DNA of 64,000 nucleotides, taken from assembly GCA_012295275.1 (NCBI GenBank), contig CM022672.1, positions 34,844,001 through 34,908,000 on the forward strand. Reading direction: 5' to 3'. Source of the stretch: Chrysomallon squamiferum (lineage: Eukaryota; Animalia; Mollusca). The stretch's first letter is position 1; each line of letters starts with the position of its first letter. Below the pieces are notes generated by a model, which saw only the letters and a list, made by a program, of their open reading frames with translations, did not search any database and had not been told where the DNA came from. The translations under genes were made by a program, and so were the position numbers. Shown here piece by piece: positions 47,324 through 61,668 of this stretch.

Positions 47324-49253
47324 CAATGTTGTACTTGATGTTGTTATGGTGAATGCTTGAGAGAGTTAGACAACTCGTATGCCAGGAGGCGTGTTACGTT
47401 TCAGTGAACATGAACACACATTTGAAAAGAGCAGCATCAATATAAATAGCTGGGACTTTTCTTTTCTTCTTGTTGTTATAGCGTTATCTTCTATAGCGTT
47501 ATGAAAAGTATGATATACAGGTTTGATGAGTTACTTGACAATATAAACTTACATTTATAACAAATACTTACATTCACTGTTTCGAAGAAAATACATCAGT
47601 GCTGAAAATGTCTATATAAATCTTCACTACAGCAAGTACAAAACAAAACACCAGACATAATTATTTAATTGTAATAATATTTTCCTATCTATGAAGCCTT
47701 TCCTCATTTAACTACAGTCATGATACGATTTTAGTTTAAATGGATGAATACGGTTAGTAAAATATAAAAGAAAATAGTTATACAAGCAATAATTCCTACA
47801 AACAATTATGTTAACCCTATTGTAGAGATAGTGTCATAATTGCATGATTAGTCCTACAGTAAATATAATAATTATGCACAGATATTATGATTATCATTAT
47901 GAGCACTAGTAACATCAGCTACATGCATAACAAACTGAAAACTAAATGAGTTAGAAAAGACAGATGAGTTATTTGCTTACTTTATTTATGTTTTAGTTAT
48001 GTGTCAGTTTGGTACAACTTATGGTTCTAACTGTAACAAACTGTGTAGATATCGTCACTGTTTGAATTATCAACAAAGCTGTCCTACAGACACTGGATCA
48101 TGTAGTGGACAATGTGAGACAGGCTGGACTGGAGATGTCTGTACAGGTAATTAACCATTTTAGGTGTGACTATCTTAGCTGAAGAAAAACGAACTGCTTA
48201 AAGAATAACATTTGTTAATAACTTTGTTAAGATTTGAAATAATTTACATAATTTACATATTTGGATTGACTATCCAGTTTTATATTTTAGAAAGTATTAT
48301 TCACATATCCTCTTTACTCTTATTCGCTTATTTTATTTATGTTTTAGTTATGTGTCAGTCAGGTGTAACTTATGGTACTAACTGTAACAAACTGTGTAGA
48401 TATCGTCACTGTTTGAATTCTCAACAAATCTGTCCTACAGACACTGGATCATGTAGTGGACAATGTCAGACAGGCTGGACTGGAGATAACTGTACAGGTA
48501 ACTAAACATTTTAGATGTGACTGTCTTTGCTGAAAAAAAAACCGAACTGCTTACGGAATAACATTTATTAATAAGTTTGCTATGATTTGAAATCATTTAT
48601 ATATTTCTATGTATGTGTATGTGTGTGACTGTGTTTATATATACATCTATATCTATATATCTATTCATATACATACATACAAATATATACACATACATAC
48701 TTACATTTATAGATACATCCATCCATCCATATATACATACATGGATACATAAATAAAATTACCTAAAATTGAGAATTATGTGCATCCTTCTTTTGTCATT
48801 TGTTATTATAATATGGACACAAGTGATTGTAAGTATTTATTATGATAGTAAAAGAAAGAACATTTCCGATTTCTGATTTCACATTTAAAAATGATATATA
48901 TTTATATTCAACATTGAAAGGAAGGAGCAAATTAAATGACATGTTGATAATAGTGTCTCCTATTATACATATTGCTAAAGATCAAATATACATTACATAA
49001 ACAAGAAAATAAATGGTATAATTGATCAGCCAGTTTTGTATTTTAAAAAGTATTATTCACCTATCTTCTTTACTCTTATTTGCTTATTTGATTTATGTTT
49101 TAGTTATGTGTCAGTCAGGTGTAACTTATGGTACTAACTGTAACAAACTGTGTAGAGATCGTCACTGTTTGAATTCTCAACAAAGCTGTCCTACAGAAAC
49201 TGGATCATGTAGTGAACAGTGTGAGACAGGCTGGGCTGGAGATGACTGTACAG
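47199..49253 (+). CDS. Copy C (5' part, runs into gap): signal peptide joined directly to EGF repeats, no lectin exons
   Basis: Signal exon 47199-47277 (MAECWISLQFLVCCLILQSAQTIDGY), then three intact 150-bp phase-1 EGF exons 47997-48146, 48348-48497, 49104-49253. Confidence 0.8.
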
Positions 49254-49448
49254 GTAACTAAACATTTTAGATGTGAATGTCTTTGCTGAAAAAGCCGAAC
49301 TGCTTACAGAATAACATTTATTAATAATTATGCTATGATTTGAAATCATTTACATATTTGTATGTATGTTTGTATTGTATGCAGACACATACACATACAG
49401 ATACACATAGACAGAAACACACAAACACACACACACAGATATATATAA

Positions 49449-49648
49449 NNNNNNNNNNNNNNNNNNNNNNNNNNNNNNNNNNNNNNNNNNNNNNNNNNNN
49501 NNNNNNNNNNNNNNNNNNNNNNNNNNNNNNNNNNNNNNNNNNNNNNNNNNNNNNNNNNNNNNNNNNNNNNNNNNNNNNNNNNNNNNNNNNNNNNNNNNNN
49601 NNNNNNNNNNNNNNNNNNNNNNNNNNNNNNNNNNNNNNNNNNNNNNNN
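49449..49648. other. Assembly gap of exactly 200 N
   Basis: Round-number N run; gene orientation flips across it. Confidence 0.99.
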
Positions 49649-52600
49649 TCCAGTGCTGTCGACTGTCCATTATCTGTTCCTTGATAAACAGTCACATATC
49701 TAGCGTTGACGTTACAAGTGATGTTCACAATATCATGAATATCAGTTCCATCTTTTCTACCAGTAACAGTACCACACAGATGTCCTGTTTTAGACAGATG
49801 TCCTGCTGTGTTAGCATAAACCTCTAAACCATTTCTTCTCCATTTATCTAAATTAGACACAATTCTGTGTTGCAAGATACTTAGAAATTTTGGAACATTA
49901 TAAACGCTAACTGTAGCTAATTTTGTAATATGTAACATGCAGAAATAATTATACAACAACAAAGACAAAAAGGAAACAGTATGATACATCAAAGTTAAAA
50001 TTAACAAAGAAAATATTTGTTATGATTAATGTTACATATTGTATATTCATAGTTTAATATTCATACTTACAATCATTTCTGAAATATATTTTAACTTCAT
50101 GAATAAAGTAAGGTTTTTCTAAATCTACTTCCCACCACGTGTAAGGCTGGTTTGTGTCTGTGTTTATAATTCCACGCCACGTTCCTCTGGTTTTTCCATC
50201 AACGCCTCTTGAAGCATGATTTTCATAACCCGGCAAATAAGAATTTTGATATGCATTTTTATTCCGAGCTACGTTTACTGAAAAATATCGCATATAATTG
50301 AAAGAATGATAACTGAATAGTAATATATCAGTATATAAAAATATATACAGATAATTTAATATAGATACTGCTGTTATAACAAAACGATATGTTTGACTGT
50401 CTTTCACATACCACGTTTTTTAATCACTTTTACATTCATATTTAGAAACATTATTTTTGTCTATTTTTCTAAAATGTTTCCCACTTAAATATAAGGCTTC
50501 CTAAGTTAAGAAAATTGAAATTAAGAAGAAGAAGAATGAAAGCTAAAGTCTTCTGTTTATTACAATTGATGTCTCAGTTGGAATAATGAGAAATGAAGAA
50601 AATGATAGTCCTGATTCCAAAATTAAATAACAAACTAGAAAATAAAATATCTAAACAGTAGCCGATACGCTTTACAGTAATAATGAACAGTGAAGTAAAA
50701 TTATGGAAACTTGTTCCATCTTGTCAACTTAACGTTTGGTTTAACATTTGTGACAAAGATCAAAAGAAGACAGAGTGATGTGTGTTTTAGTAAAAGTGTT
50801 TGTGTGTATTTATGTTTAATGTTTTGTTTTTAACAGACAGGAATATAGAGATGAGAGATAACGACTGAATTTGTGAGAGAGAGAGAGAGAGAGAGAGAAG
50901 AAAAGAAGAAGAGTAGAAAGAAAAAAGAAAGAGAGAAAGGAAGCCAGAGAGAATCAGAGAGTGAAAAAAGAGAAAAAGAAAAACAACGACAAAAACAATT
51001 TATCAGAAACAAGCCAAATAAATATAAAACACAACAAAAAAAAAAAATAACAACAAAGGAGAAAACAAACCAAAATTGTGTAAAACACAATAACTGCTAC
51101 TGGAGAAGGAGTATTTTGGTTTACAGTTAGTCTTATACATTATTACTTGTACACAGAGTTTTGTTAAGTAACTGATCTTTTTTATTTCCTTTTCATTGTT
51201 TCTCTCTATGTGTGAGTCTCCTATTTGCCTAATATAAAATTCAACAAAAACAAAACAAATAACAACAGAACACCCCTGAAAAATAATAATAATAACAAAT
51301 AAACATACACATAATCCTTTTTTTCGTATACATTTCTTTAACATTTTTTCATTTTTTATTCATAAGAAGAAACAGAAAGTTTATCAAAATGGCAGCCATC
51401 AACAAGGAAGTAAACTTTATATGCTGTACTTCATATATATATATTACTTCCTTGTTGATGGCTGCTATTTTGATAAGCTTTCTGTATATATATATATATG
51501 CTGTCTCATATAAAATTTTGTTTTGTAATTAAACCCACACACGTCTGTCGATTGATCCAACCATCTAAAAATACGTAAAATAAATAAAAGAAACCAGGTA
51601 CCTGTCCTACTGTATAATATTCAAAATATTTCAAAATATTTAATAAAATATTCAACAATTTGTAGCTGAATCCGTGACAAGTAGTAAAAAAATGAGATTT
51701 ACTTTCTAATTATTTTACACATCTCATAAAACATTCAATAATTTGTAGCTGAATTCATGACAAAATACAAGCCATTTGTTTCCTAATTCTTGCTGAACTT
51801 TGACAGTTGAAATGACAAACATCTCAGTGGTTATGACTGTATTTCTGTATCATAATTAATATTATTTCTTCTACCAGTGACAGCGCTGATGTAGTTTTTA
51901 CATCTACTTTTCTCTACATGTATGTGAATAATTTACTGACGACAGACAGTCGCACATACACAACAAACTGTGACCTAACTTGAGAGAAATTACAAAACTC
52001 TGGACGTACATGTAAGTGCTATGTTTGGTATGTGATATTGTCAAACAGTTTATAGTTAATAAAGGAATATTCAAAAATAATATTATTCTGAGAAAAACAA
52101 AATATAAATATTTGTTGTTAACATATGTCTATGTTATTACTGTGCTGTTCAGCTAAGTTAAATAACGATGACTGATTGATATCCTACTTAAAATGTTTCT
52201 TTGTTTTTCTTTTTTCTTTTACCTTTTGTTTATTGTAATATATATATATATATATATATGCTTTATATATGCATTAAAATTAATTTATGATGTTAAATTG
52301 TGTTAATATATGTTTTATGTTTTAATCGTTTGAAACCTTTGTAATAATAAACTGCAGATTTACATTAAAGAGGACATCATTATATTAATAAAAATGAGTT
52401 AATGGTTGTTATTAACTGTCAGTATTTATAAATAAGTTAATTAATTTATTTATTTATTATTATTCATAATCATCTCTAGCAAATGTGTGAGAAACCAGTT
52501 TCTTCGATTACATATATATCTATACATATGTCAGTTTTTAAACAACAAACCAATACAACCAACCTCGGCTTATTTACATTCAAATCGCTATTTTAAAAAG

Positions 52601-53036
52601 GTTTTCATTCTACTGAAACCTTACATCTTCCTGGCACAAGTTTCGTTCTCTTTGTTGTCCTTACTTGTTTATCATCATCACTACCAGTAACAACTTAACT
52701 ACAACAACACCAACAACGACAGTGAATACATAAAAATTATTTTTATGACAGTAAGTTGAAACTTGCCTTTGAAAAACAATAATTAACATTAAGACTTAAT
52801 CAAATAACAAACTAGAAAAAGAAAACATATCAATGTTGCAGGCATTATCCTATGTAATAAATAAGGAAGTAGGATTATCTTACTGTACTTTGTAAATTGA
52901 TAAAAACGTGTGTATGTGTCTATGCAGTTTTGAGTTAAAGAAAGAACACGGATGCTTGAACAGGAAAATAAATATATATATTTATGTAAACATGAGATGA
53001 AAAGAACGAGTCATAGATTGACACAGACACAGATGT

Positions 53037-53112
<76 letters not shown>

Positions 53113-53761
53113 CTGAAGAGATATATACTTAACAAAGACCTTTCTGATTTGCTATAAAACTAATAAAATAATTTTTTTTCAACCTTGTTATATGAATTAT
53201 TGCTTGTATAACATTTTTATTTTATATTTTACTAACAACATTCATTTAAACTAAAACCGCGTCTTTACTTTACTTAAATAAGGAAAGGTTTCATCTACAG
53301 GAAAGTATAATTACAGTTAAAGAATTATGTCTAGTGCTATGTTTTGTACTTGCTATAGTAAAAATTAAAACAGTTTCATAGTTATTTCATAGTTTTGATA
53401 ACGTTGTAACAATAAATAACAGATTTACATGAAAGAAGACACAAAATAAATACAAAATAAATTAAGAGCTAATGAACTTGAGAACATTATGTTATTAATG
53501 CTTAGTATGTTTAAAACATTATTAATTAAGTTTTATTAGTGTTGTTGTTGAACTTGTTCATATTTGGAGAACAATAACAATAGAACAATAGTAACACAAT
53601 CCCATCTATTTATACTGATTATTGATATTGAGATGCTATTCTTGTTCATTGAAACGTAACATCTTCCTGGTGTATGATTTGTCTAATTCTCTCAACAATG
53701 TACCATCACCCCCACCACCAGTATCAACAACAACATCAGTAATAATAATAATAATAACAAC

Positions 53762-53804
<43 letters not shown>

Positions 53805-53896
53805 TTTTATAACTTACTATATCCAGCTTTGGTCTTTCCTGACTGCAAAATTAAACAACAAACTAGAAACTGAAGACTTATCCAGCACCCAGCCAT
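49649..53896 (-). CDS. Copy D (5' part, runs into gap): signal peptide + F-type lectin domain
   Basis: Minus-strand exons 53896-53818 (MAGCWISLQFLVCCLILQSGKTKAGY), 50277-50071 and 49847-49649 (cut by gap); open frame, canonical splice sites. Confidence 0.88.
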
Positions 53897-54744
53897 AGTG
53901 ATAATGTTTCATAGTTAAACCAACCAGGAAGCTAAAACTACGAGCTGACACAAGACTCGTTTTCATGACTCACCAGTGAGAAAAGGTGAAAACACACTCT
54001 AATATATTCTGTTACAAAGTTCATACAAATATGATATGAACAGAGTAATGTAATTCTGTTAAATTAAACACACTGAGATTAAATTTAGATCTTGGAAAAC
54101 AGGTTTTACTCGTACAAAAGTGAGGTCACAATACACAGAATACTTTTCATATGCATTCTGTCTGGTATTTACAGAGATACATAATGTGAAATCGTTTTAT
54201 TTATGAGGATTGTTTGCCCTAGATCGACTGACGAAAACTACTGCTATGCCGTCACTGTTCATGCGATAAAATCAATAATGATAATACAGATTGTAGTATT
54301 TAATGTAATACAAAAGTATTATTCATACACCGAAGTATATGAAACAAACAGCCCAATTATAGATAATATTGTACTTCGCCGTAAGTTGTCTTTCAGACAT
54401 AACAGAGGACTAGGTCGAGTGTAATGAAAACAGATCAGTTGACTCTTCTATAACGACACAAAAGTTTCAAGCTAAGAGTTCAGTACTTAATGTCATTCAC
54501 AACATGTATCTAGGACACGCATGACTGGGTACATGTATGAAACGAGCTAGCGGAGTGTTCCCATTGAAGAGTAATCTCTTTCTATTACAATGTCACTATT
54601 CATACGTATTTTTATTTACCAGCATAAGCACTGAATATGTAGATATGATTGAATATTCCGTCTTATGTACGTCTGAAAAGACTCTGTACACAGATAATAT
54701 TCAGGAACGCACTGGCGCAGGAAAACCTCACAAAACACGTCAGA

Positions 54745-54829
54745 TGTCGCTGACGAGACTCGAACGTATGACTCCCATCCGCCCACACTCCGAAGGCGTA
54801 CTAAGTTACCGCTCGGCCATCAAGACAAC
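54745..54829 (-). mobile_element. tRNA-derived element upstream of copy D
   Basis: Reverse-complement paralogue with intact A and B boxes. Confidence 0.65.
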
Positions 54830-56450
54830 CAGGATGTATGTATATATGTATGTATGTATGTAGTATGTATGTATGTATGTATGTATGTATGTATGTCTGT
54901 ATGTATGGGTGTGTCTATGTATGTATCTATGTATGTATGTATGTATGTATTATGTAGGTGTGTATTTATGTATGTAGGTATGTATGAATGAATGTATGTA
55001 GGTAGGTATGTATGTATGTATCTATGTATGTATGTATGAATGTATGTATGTATGTATTTATGTATGTATGTATGTGTGCGTGCGTCTGTGTGTGTGCGTG
55101 TGTGTCTGTGTGTGTATGTGTGTGCATGTGTGTGAGTGTGTGTGTGTATGTGTGTATGTGTGTGAGTGTGTGTGTGTGTGAGTGTATGTCTGTGTGTGTG
55201 TCTGTGTAAAATGTGTATTCATTTTTATATACTAATAATCAGAATATACAAATGACAAATTAAACTACTTGACATATTAATTACTAAACTCTTTAGCCTT
55301 AAGATTTAATCAAGTCAAATATGTTTTATGATCAGCTGAAGTTTATCAAGAATCGTAATATACTACTATAATATGATGAATGCTGTTTTTTGTTTTTTTT
55401 TTAAATTAATTTCTACAATTAATGAGGATATGCAAAAATATATATGTCTGTGTGTGTGCGCGCGCACAAATAAACGAATTTAACTTCTTAGAAAATATAT
55501 TTAATGAAGCAATGGTTTTGATAAATAATTAATATGAAGATTGATTAATTAAAACTAAAACAAGAGAAATAAACACACATACTGATACTATCTTTAATAG
55601 AAATATTACTTTCCATCGAATAGTCTATCACTAAATGTATGTAATCTCGTATACTTGAAGACTCATTATTGTTTGAGTTAATCAAAGATTTTATATGAGA
55701 TAATTCTGAAATTGGATTTGTTAAGACTATGATATCACTAATTATTATTTGCAAAGCAATACAGCTATAACAAATCACTCTGAATTGCTTTTACTTAGTT
55801 CATAATAATATACCATTTACAAACTCATGTTTATCATAATAATGTACATCTTGTTGGTTTATTAATCTTTGACATAAATTCACGAGTTCTTCTAACTGGT
55901 CTGTGTCAGCTATGCGGCCGCGATCAACATAAACAAAGTAATAGTTTTAGTTTACTGTGTTTCGTTTGATTAAATCTTTACTAATTGGTTAGTGTCAATC
56001 TGTACAATGTACTCTCGATCAGGCTACTTGAATCATCATTCTGTGTTTCATATCAATTAGATTAATCTTTATTATTGTGCGATTGTAAAGTTTATACTAT
56101 TGTATACAGCGTTTCATTATTGTATGTGCAATATCTGTTTGTGTCTCATATAAATAAAATTGTATGAATGTAACGTTTAAAATGTTGTTTGCAGTGCAAA
56201 CTACTAGGTACTAGGTGAAACTTGTTCACAAGTTCACACACTATCCAGTAGAAATATTTCGTTACCTTTATTTGCAACTTAAAATGTTACAATATTTTTT
56301 GTTCTCAGCTCAGCTTCATTTGTTTATAACAAAGATAATGAACAATATCTGAGTATTAAAGAATTGTCATAATGATATTAATATATAAATAACTTACTGT
56401 TTTAACGAGATTGTGTTACAAAATATTCACAATGAATACATAAATAATTT

Positions 56451-57096
56451 ACTATTAACCTCACCAAATGTGAATCCAGCTCAGGTGACATTTCCAGGAC
56501 ATGCGATTGGCCTGGGAAAAGTTGCACCAATAACAGCTAAGGTAGACTGTATAATTCAGTACCCACATCCTACTAGCTGAAAAGAGGTGACAGTTTTTAT
56601 CAGTATGACAGGATAGTATCGTCGTTTCTGTCCAGATTTTGTAACTTTCGCTGCACGCATATGTTGCATAAGTGTAACAAATTCAGCTGGGAATTAAAGA
56701 ACATGCTCTATTCGATACAAATAATGGCAGCACCCAAACAGCAGCAACCATTCAATGTGGTTGTAGTTGCTAGTGATGCTGTTTCAAGAAGTTTACAGTG
56801 GGCTAGACCACCCAATCATTTTTTTTTTTCAAGAATATTTTATATCAGCTTAATTATTCAAATGCTGAAAAGAAAACTTTTGGACTGATTCAAGCCGTGA
56901 AACATTTTCAAGTGTACGTGAAGTCGCACTTCAACCAGTAACTGTCTATACGCATCATAATCCCGTTACTTTCATAAATCGTATGAAGAAAACTAATCAA
57001 GGAGTTTAACACTGGAGTTTGATCTTACAGGATTACCCAATTACCATAAAGCATATTGCTGCAACTAACAACACCATTGCGGGTGCTCTTTCAAGA
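56451..57096 (+). mobile_element. Degenerate Ty3/Gypsy pol fragment (RT C-terminus + RNase H)
   Basis: Translates with stops and frameshifts as TINLTKCE..VTFPGHAIGLGKVAPITAKVDCIIQYPHPTS*KEV..G*YRRFCPDF..PFNVVVVASDA..VTVYTHHNPVTFINRMK..WSLILQDYPITIKHIAATNNTIAGALSR. Confidence 0.88.
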
Positions 57097-57408
57097 ATAA
57101 TGTTGTTTTCAATTGCTTGTGTCTTTTGTTTAGGGTTATAGGCTCGATGTCTATTGATCAACCCACTGGGAAACCAGGGAAGTAATAACTAACATCTTAC
57201 TGAAGCTGAGACATTGAAAACGTTACTATTTTTGTGTAATGTTGGACATACTAGGTATTATATACCTTGCTTCTTTATTATTATTATATTATTATTAGTA
57301 GTAGTAGTAGTAGTATTAGTATTATGTGCTTTTTTCTATTATATTATAAGATTCCAGAAAATGTTCATACCTGAGATATGCTATTTTTTCTAAATTTATG
57401 GAGAGGTG

Positions 57409-57969
57409 TGTCACGGAATTCAGATTGCGTAACAAATTTATCTTTCTGCCACTTTATCACTCTTAATGTTCGCAGCCAATTTCTCCACTTTACTGGCTTT
57501 AAAGAGCTGCCATTTGGTAAACAAACAGAGAAGGACAAGTCCAACACGAGCGCTCAGTCAGGTGAGGAACCAATGTTTTACAATGAATTTGTCTTTAAAG
57601 ACGAGTATGGGAAGCCATTGTCTGTTCTTATTGTGATAGATTATAATTTGCAATTGACCTCCGTCAGTAACATTTAATATTAATAAAATTTTAAGTTTTT
57701 AATCTGCCCTCCGAGCAGATTATTCTTTTATCTTGCTTCCCCATATATCGTTACTCGTATCATAAATCAAAATTATTTAAAATTATGCTTCATATATAAT
57801 TATTATCAAGTCGTCTTTATATCGCATTTAAGTAATAAACGTGTACCCTAGCTTGCTTGTGTTGTGTTTAGTTTTCTAATGGATAGATATAATTGCTGAC
57901 TTATAAAGACTGCTGTTAATTTAGCGTTTACAGTCCTTGTTAGGTGGCCATTAAAGCACCTTTATTACA
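57409..57969 (+). mobile_element. Probable 3' LTR of the Gypsy relic
   Basis: Purine-rich tract ATGGAGAGG followed by TGTCACGG, internal AATAAA near 57834, candidate end ..TTACA; no second LTR in the window to confirm. Confidence 0.4.
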
Positions 57970-57989
57970 CTAGATTAGTGTGTTGTGTG

Positions 57990-58020
<31 letters not shown>

Positions 58021-58728
58021 TGGGTGGGTGGGTTTTTCTGTGTTTCTACATGTATGTATAATTATTAAACATAAAAGAAGATTGATTTTTATATTCGAAG
58101 CAATACAGCTACAAGAAATCACTCTGAACTGCTTTTACTTAGTTCATAATAACATAGCACTTACAAACTCATATTTATCATAATAATTTACATCTTGTTG
58201 CTTTATTAATCTTTGATATCAATTCATGAGTTCTTCTAAAACCTCTGTGTCAGTTATGCGGGCCGCCATGAACATAAACAAAATAATACAGTTTCAGTGT
58301 ATTATGTTTATTCAGTTCATTATGTTTCGTTCATTCAAATCTTTCGTAATTGGTTAGGGTCAATCTGTACAATGTACTCTTGATCTGATTGTGTGAGTCA
58401 TCATACTGTCTCTCAGATAAATACAATTAGTCTCGTTTCTTGTTTTATTGTAACGTTTACTCTATTTCATCAGCGTTACAATATTTATGTGAATCATTAT
58501 CTTGTGTCTCAAATAAATTAGATTAGTCTCTGTTCTTGTATCAAACTACTCACTGAAAGGTATTCACAAGTCCACAAAATATGCTGTACTAATACTCGAT
58601 TATGTTTACTTGCAATGTACAGTATTACAATACTTTTAGTTCTCAGCTGAACTCCAGCTGTTTATAACAAAGATAATGAAGGATATCTAAGCAGTAAACA
58701 ATTGTTCTGATGATATTCATATATAAAT

Positions 58729-59034
58729 AACTTACTGTTCTAACGACACTGTTACTAAATATTCACAATGAATACATAAATAATTTACTGTTCCAACGAG
58801 ACTGTGTTACTAAATATTCACAACGAATACATAAATAATTTACTGTTCTAACGAGACTGTGTTACTAAATATTCACAACGAATACATAAATAATTTACTG
58901 TTCTAACGAGACTGTTACTAAATATTCACAATGAATACATAAACAATTTACTGTTCTAACGAGACTGTGTTACTAAATATTCACAATGAATACATAAATA
59001 ATTTACATTTCTAACGACACTGTTACTAAATATT
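58729..59034 (-). repeat. 55-bp minisatellite downstream of copy E stop (about 5-6 units)
   Basis: Reverse complement of the same unit, beginning about 70 nt after the stop. Confidence 0.93.
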
Positions 59035-59072
59035 CTATCTCTGTAGCTATCTATATCCATATATATCCATAT

Positions 59073-59103
<31 letters not shown>

Positions 59104-60742
59104 CTATGTTTTTATTTTTTCGTATGGAGATCCCTGTTCAACAACATCAATATCTAGTTTATCATAATCGTGTATTTCTTGAGTATTGATTTCTTCTTGA
59201 TGTGAAGTGTTTACATAACTTGTCTCCGCATCACCTGATGAAACTGTTTGAGTGTCACTGTGATTTGGTGGTGTGACGATATTGACGTCTTCATCAAATA
59301 CTTCATACACTGATGACGGAGTAGCTGCTGTCCTGGGATGACTGTTGTTGTTTTTTACAAATGATACTGAATGTTCAGTAGAGGATGGTCGTTTTCGTCT
59401 AATCAGAGCCGTTCTGAAAATGGATTCATTTTTACGTTATCAGTTAGTAAATGCAAATTTTATGTAATTAAAATATAATACACGTGAAGAGATACTGTTA
59501 CAAACATAATTAATAGCTTCTCAGTTCCCGAAATTAAGAGTTAACTAGCAGTTAATATTGATTTTAAAAAAAAAGTATAGATTTTTAAGTTCATTTATGA
59601 CACATGTATATCCTCTGAATGTATAAAAACAATATCATATGTATAAAATACAAAATAGTTCAGCTTAGAATTCTGTAAATATATTCTTTGATAAATATAT
59701 ATTTGTACCAGCTATAAAGATGTCCATGCACATATTTCATTATACGAATTATATTTATTATCAAACAGAAGAAAATACTGTAAAGTTATTCCTTCAGTTC
59801 AAACGGAAGTAAAATATTTTGGTATGTTATAATTAGTTATATTACATCAGAATTAATTTGGTTGAAGAATCTATAAGCATTTACCTGATATTAAAAACAA
59901 CAGATATTATGAGGAGCAAAGTCAGTAGAGCTATGACGACTGACAAAGCCGTTGTAGTTGATGTTCCTGTACATTTTGTTTCTTGAGTTGAGCCTGGAAA
60001 GAAATTAGCCTTAAAACTAATAACCGTAAAAGGAACGAAAAAAAAATGGGTGGAAATATTTAAAAAAGGATATTAAAGAAGAATATTCTAGAGTACATAC
60101 AAAATTGGCAGTATATATTTTAATTTAAAAGTATTTATAAAATAATTATATACATCTCGGTCAAAAGTTTTAGCACATACATTTTTATTTATAAGTATTG
60201 TACTGGTAACTATATCATAATTTGTGTTCTATGTTGATTTGAAAAGTAATGCATTAAAGAAACTTTTATACAACACATTGAAATGTTTCAGAAACTACAA
60301 AAATGTCAAAAAGGTTTTCATACTAATTATTTGCAAAGTCTACGGTAATTTATCTTGTGTTATAATGTCATTGTTATATTTGATAATCTTGGATGAAATT
60401 CAGTTAATAGAAGTAACAGGCCACTATCGACATCCATTATGAACACAGACTCCATACTGTAACATGATGTATACTGAGAAACAATATAAACATAAGTTAC
60501 TGATTGTGGACATGCTGGAATAGGTTGAATATTACATAAAGTAAACTATTAAAATAAACAGTAGCTTTTTGTTAGAAATGTTTACAGTCTGGAAATAATA
60601 ATTCATACTTTCATATTTTGAAAATTATTTATAATAAAATAATAAAAGAAGATGTTTCTGACTGATGATAGATTCCACTGATGTACAAAACAAATAATAA
60701 ATACAATAAAATACAATAAAATAAAATAAAATTATATATATA

Positions 60743-60773
<31 letters not shown>

Positions 60774-60999
60774 AAATACAAAATGAGATTAAATTATAAT
60801 GGATATATGACAGGCAGTTCCAGAGAGTATCCCTCTAAAAATACTTCAACTCAGGAACAAATATACCCAGTTTCTGTTAAAATAATAAAACGGAATAAAT
60901 TCATGGATTCATCTGGTTATGAAGGTCATAATTACATTGCAATTTATTATTGTTCATTTTTTTTTTTTTTTTTTTTTTTTTATAATAATAATAATAATA

Positions 61000-61035
<36 letters not shown>

Positions 61036-61605
61036 TAAAAAATAGCATAGATTAAAGCTGATTAGTGACCATAATATACGATAATAAATACATTTGCAGC
61101 GAATTCAAGTCTGACACGAATATTTTAAATTACTAACGCTGCTGACACAGAACTCCTTCATAACCATCAGAACAACCTTGTGTGCAGTTTCCAGAAACTC
61201 TGTCACATTCTCCTGATTTACACTTTCCACACGTAGAGTTACAGTTCCTACCATAGCGTCCAAGACTGCAAGCTGAATTTAAAATGTTTAGATCGCTGAT
61301 TGACAAACAAATCTGCTTTAACAAAACCCGTTAAAGAATGGAATATGAAACATTGCTTTTGTATGGTTTTCTGCTTGTTTACTGTTTTATGAAATAGGAA
61401 CACTCAACATTTTTATTTCTACTTCATATTTTAGCAACAAAAATAAAATGAAGTGTAGAATCCACAAATCACTTAAAATCATTTTTTAGATAATATCTAC
61501 AAGTAACTTAATGAATAATATAGAGATGAAATATGTATCAACTATTGAATGATGACGATGATGATGATGATTATTATTATTATCATCATCATCATCATCA
61601 TTATC

Positions 61606-61668
<63 letters not shown>

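Noticed and set aside
49333-50007. ORFs spanning the N run
   Set aside because: Gap artefact; only 49847-49649 is a real exon.
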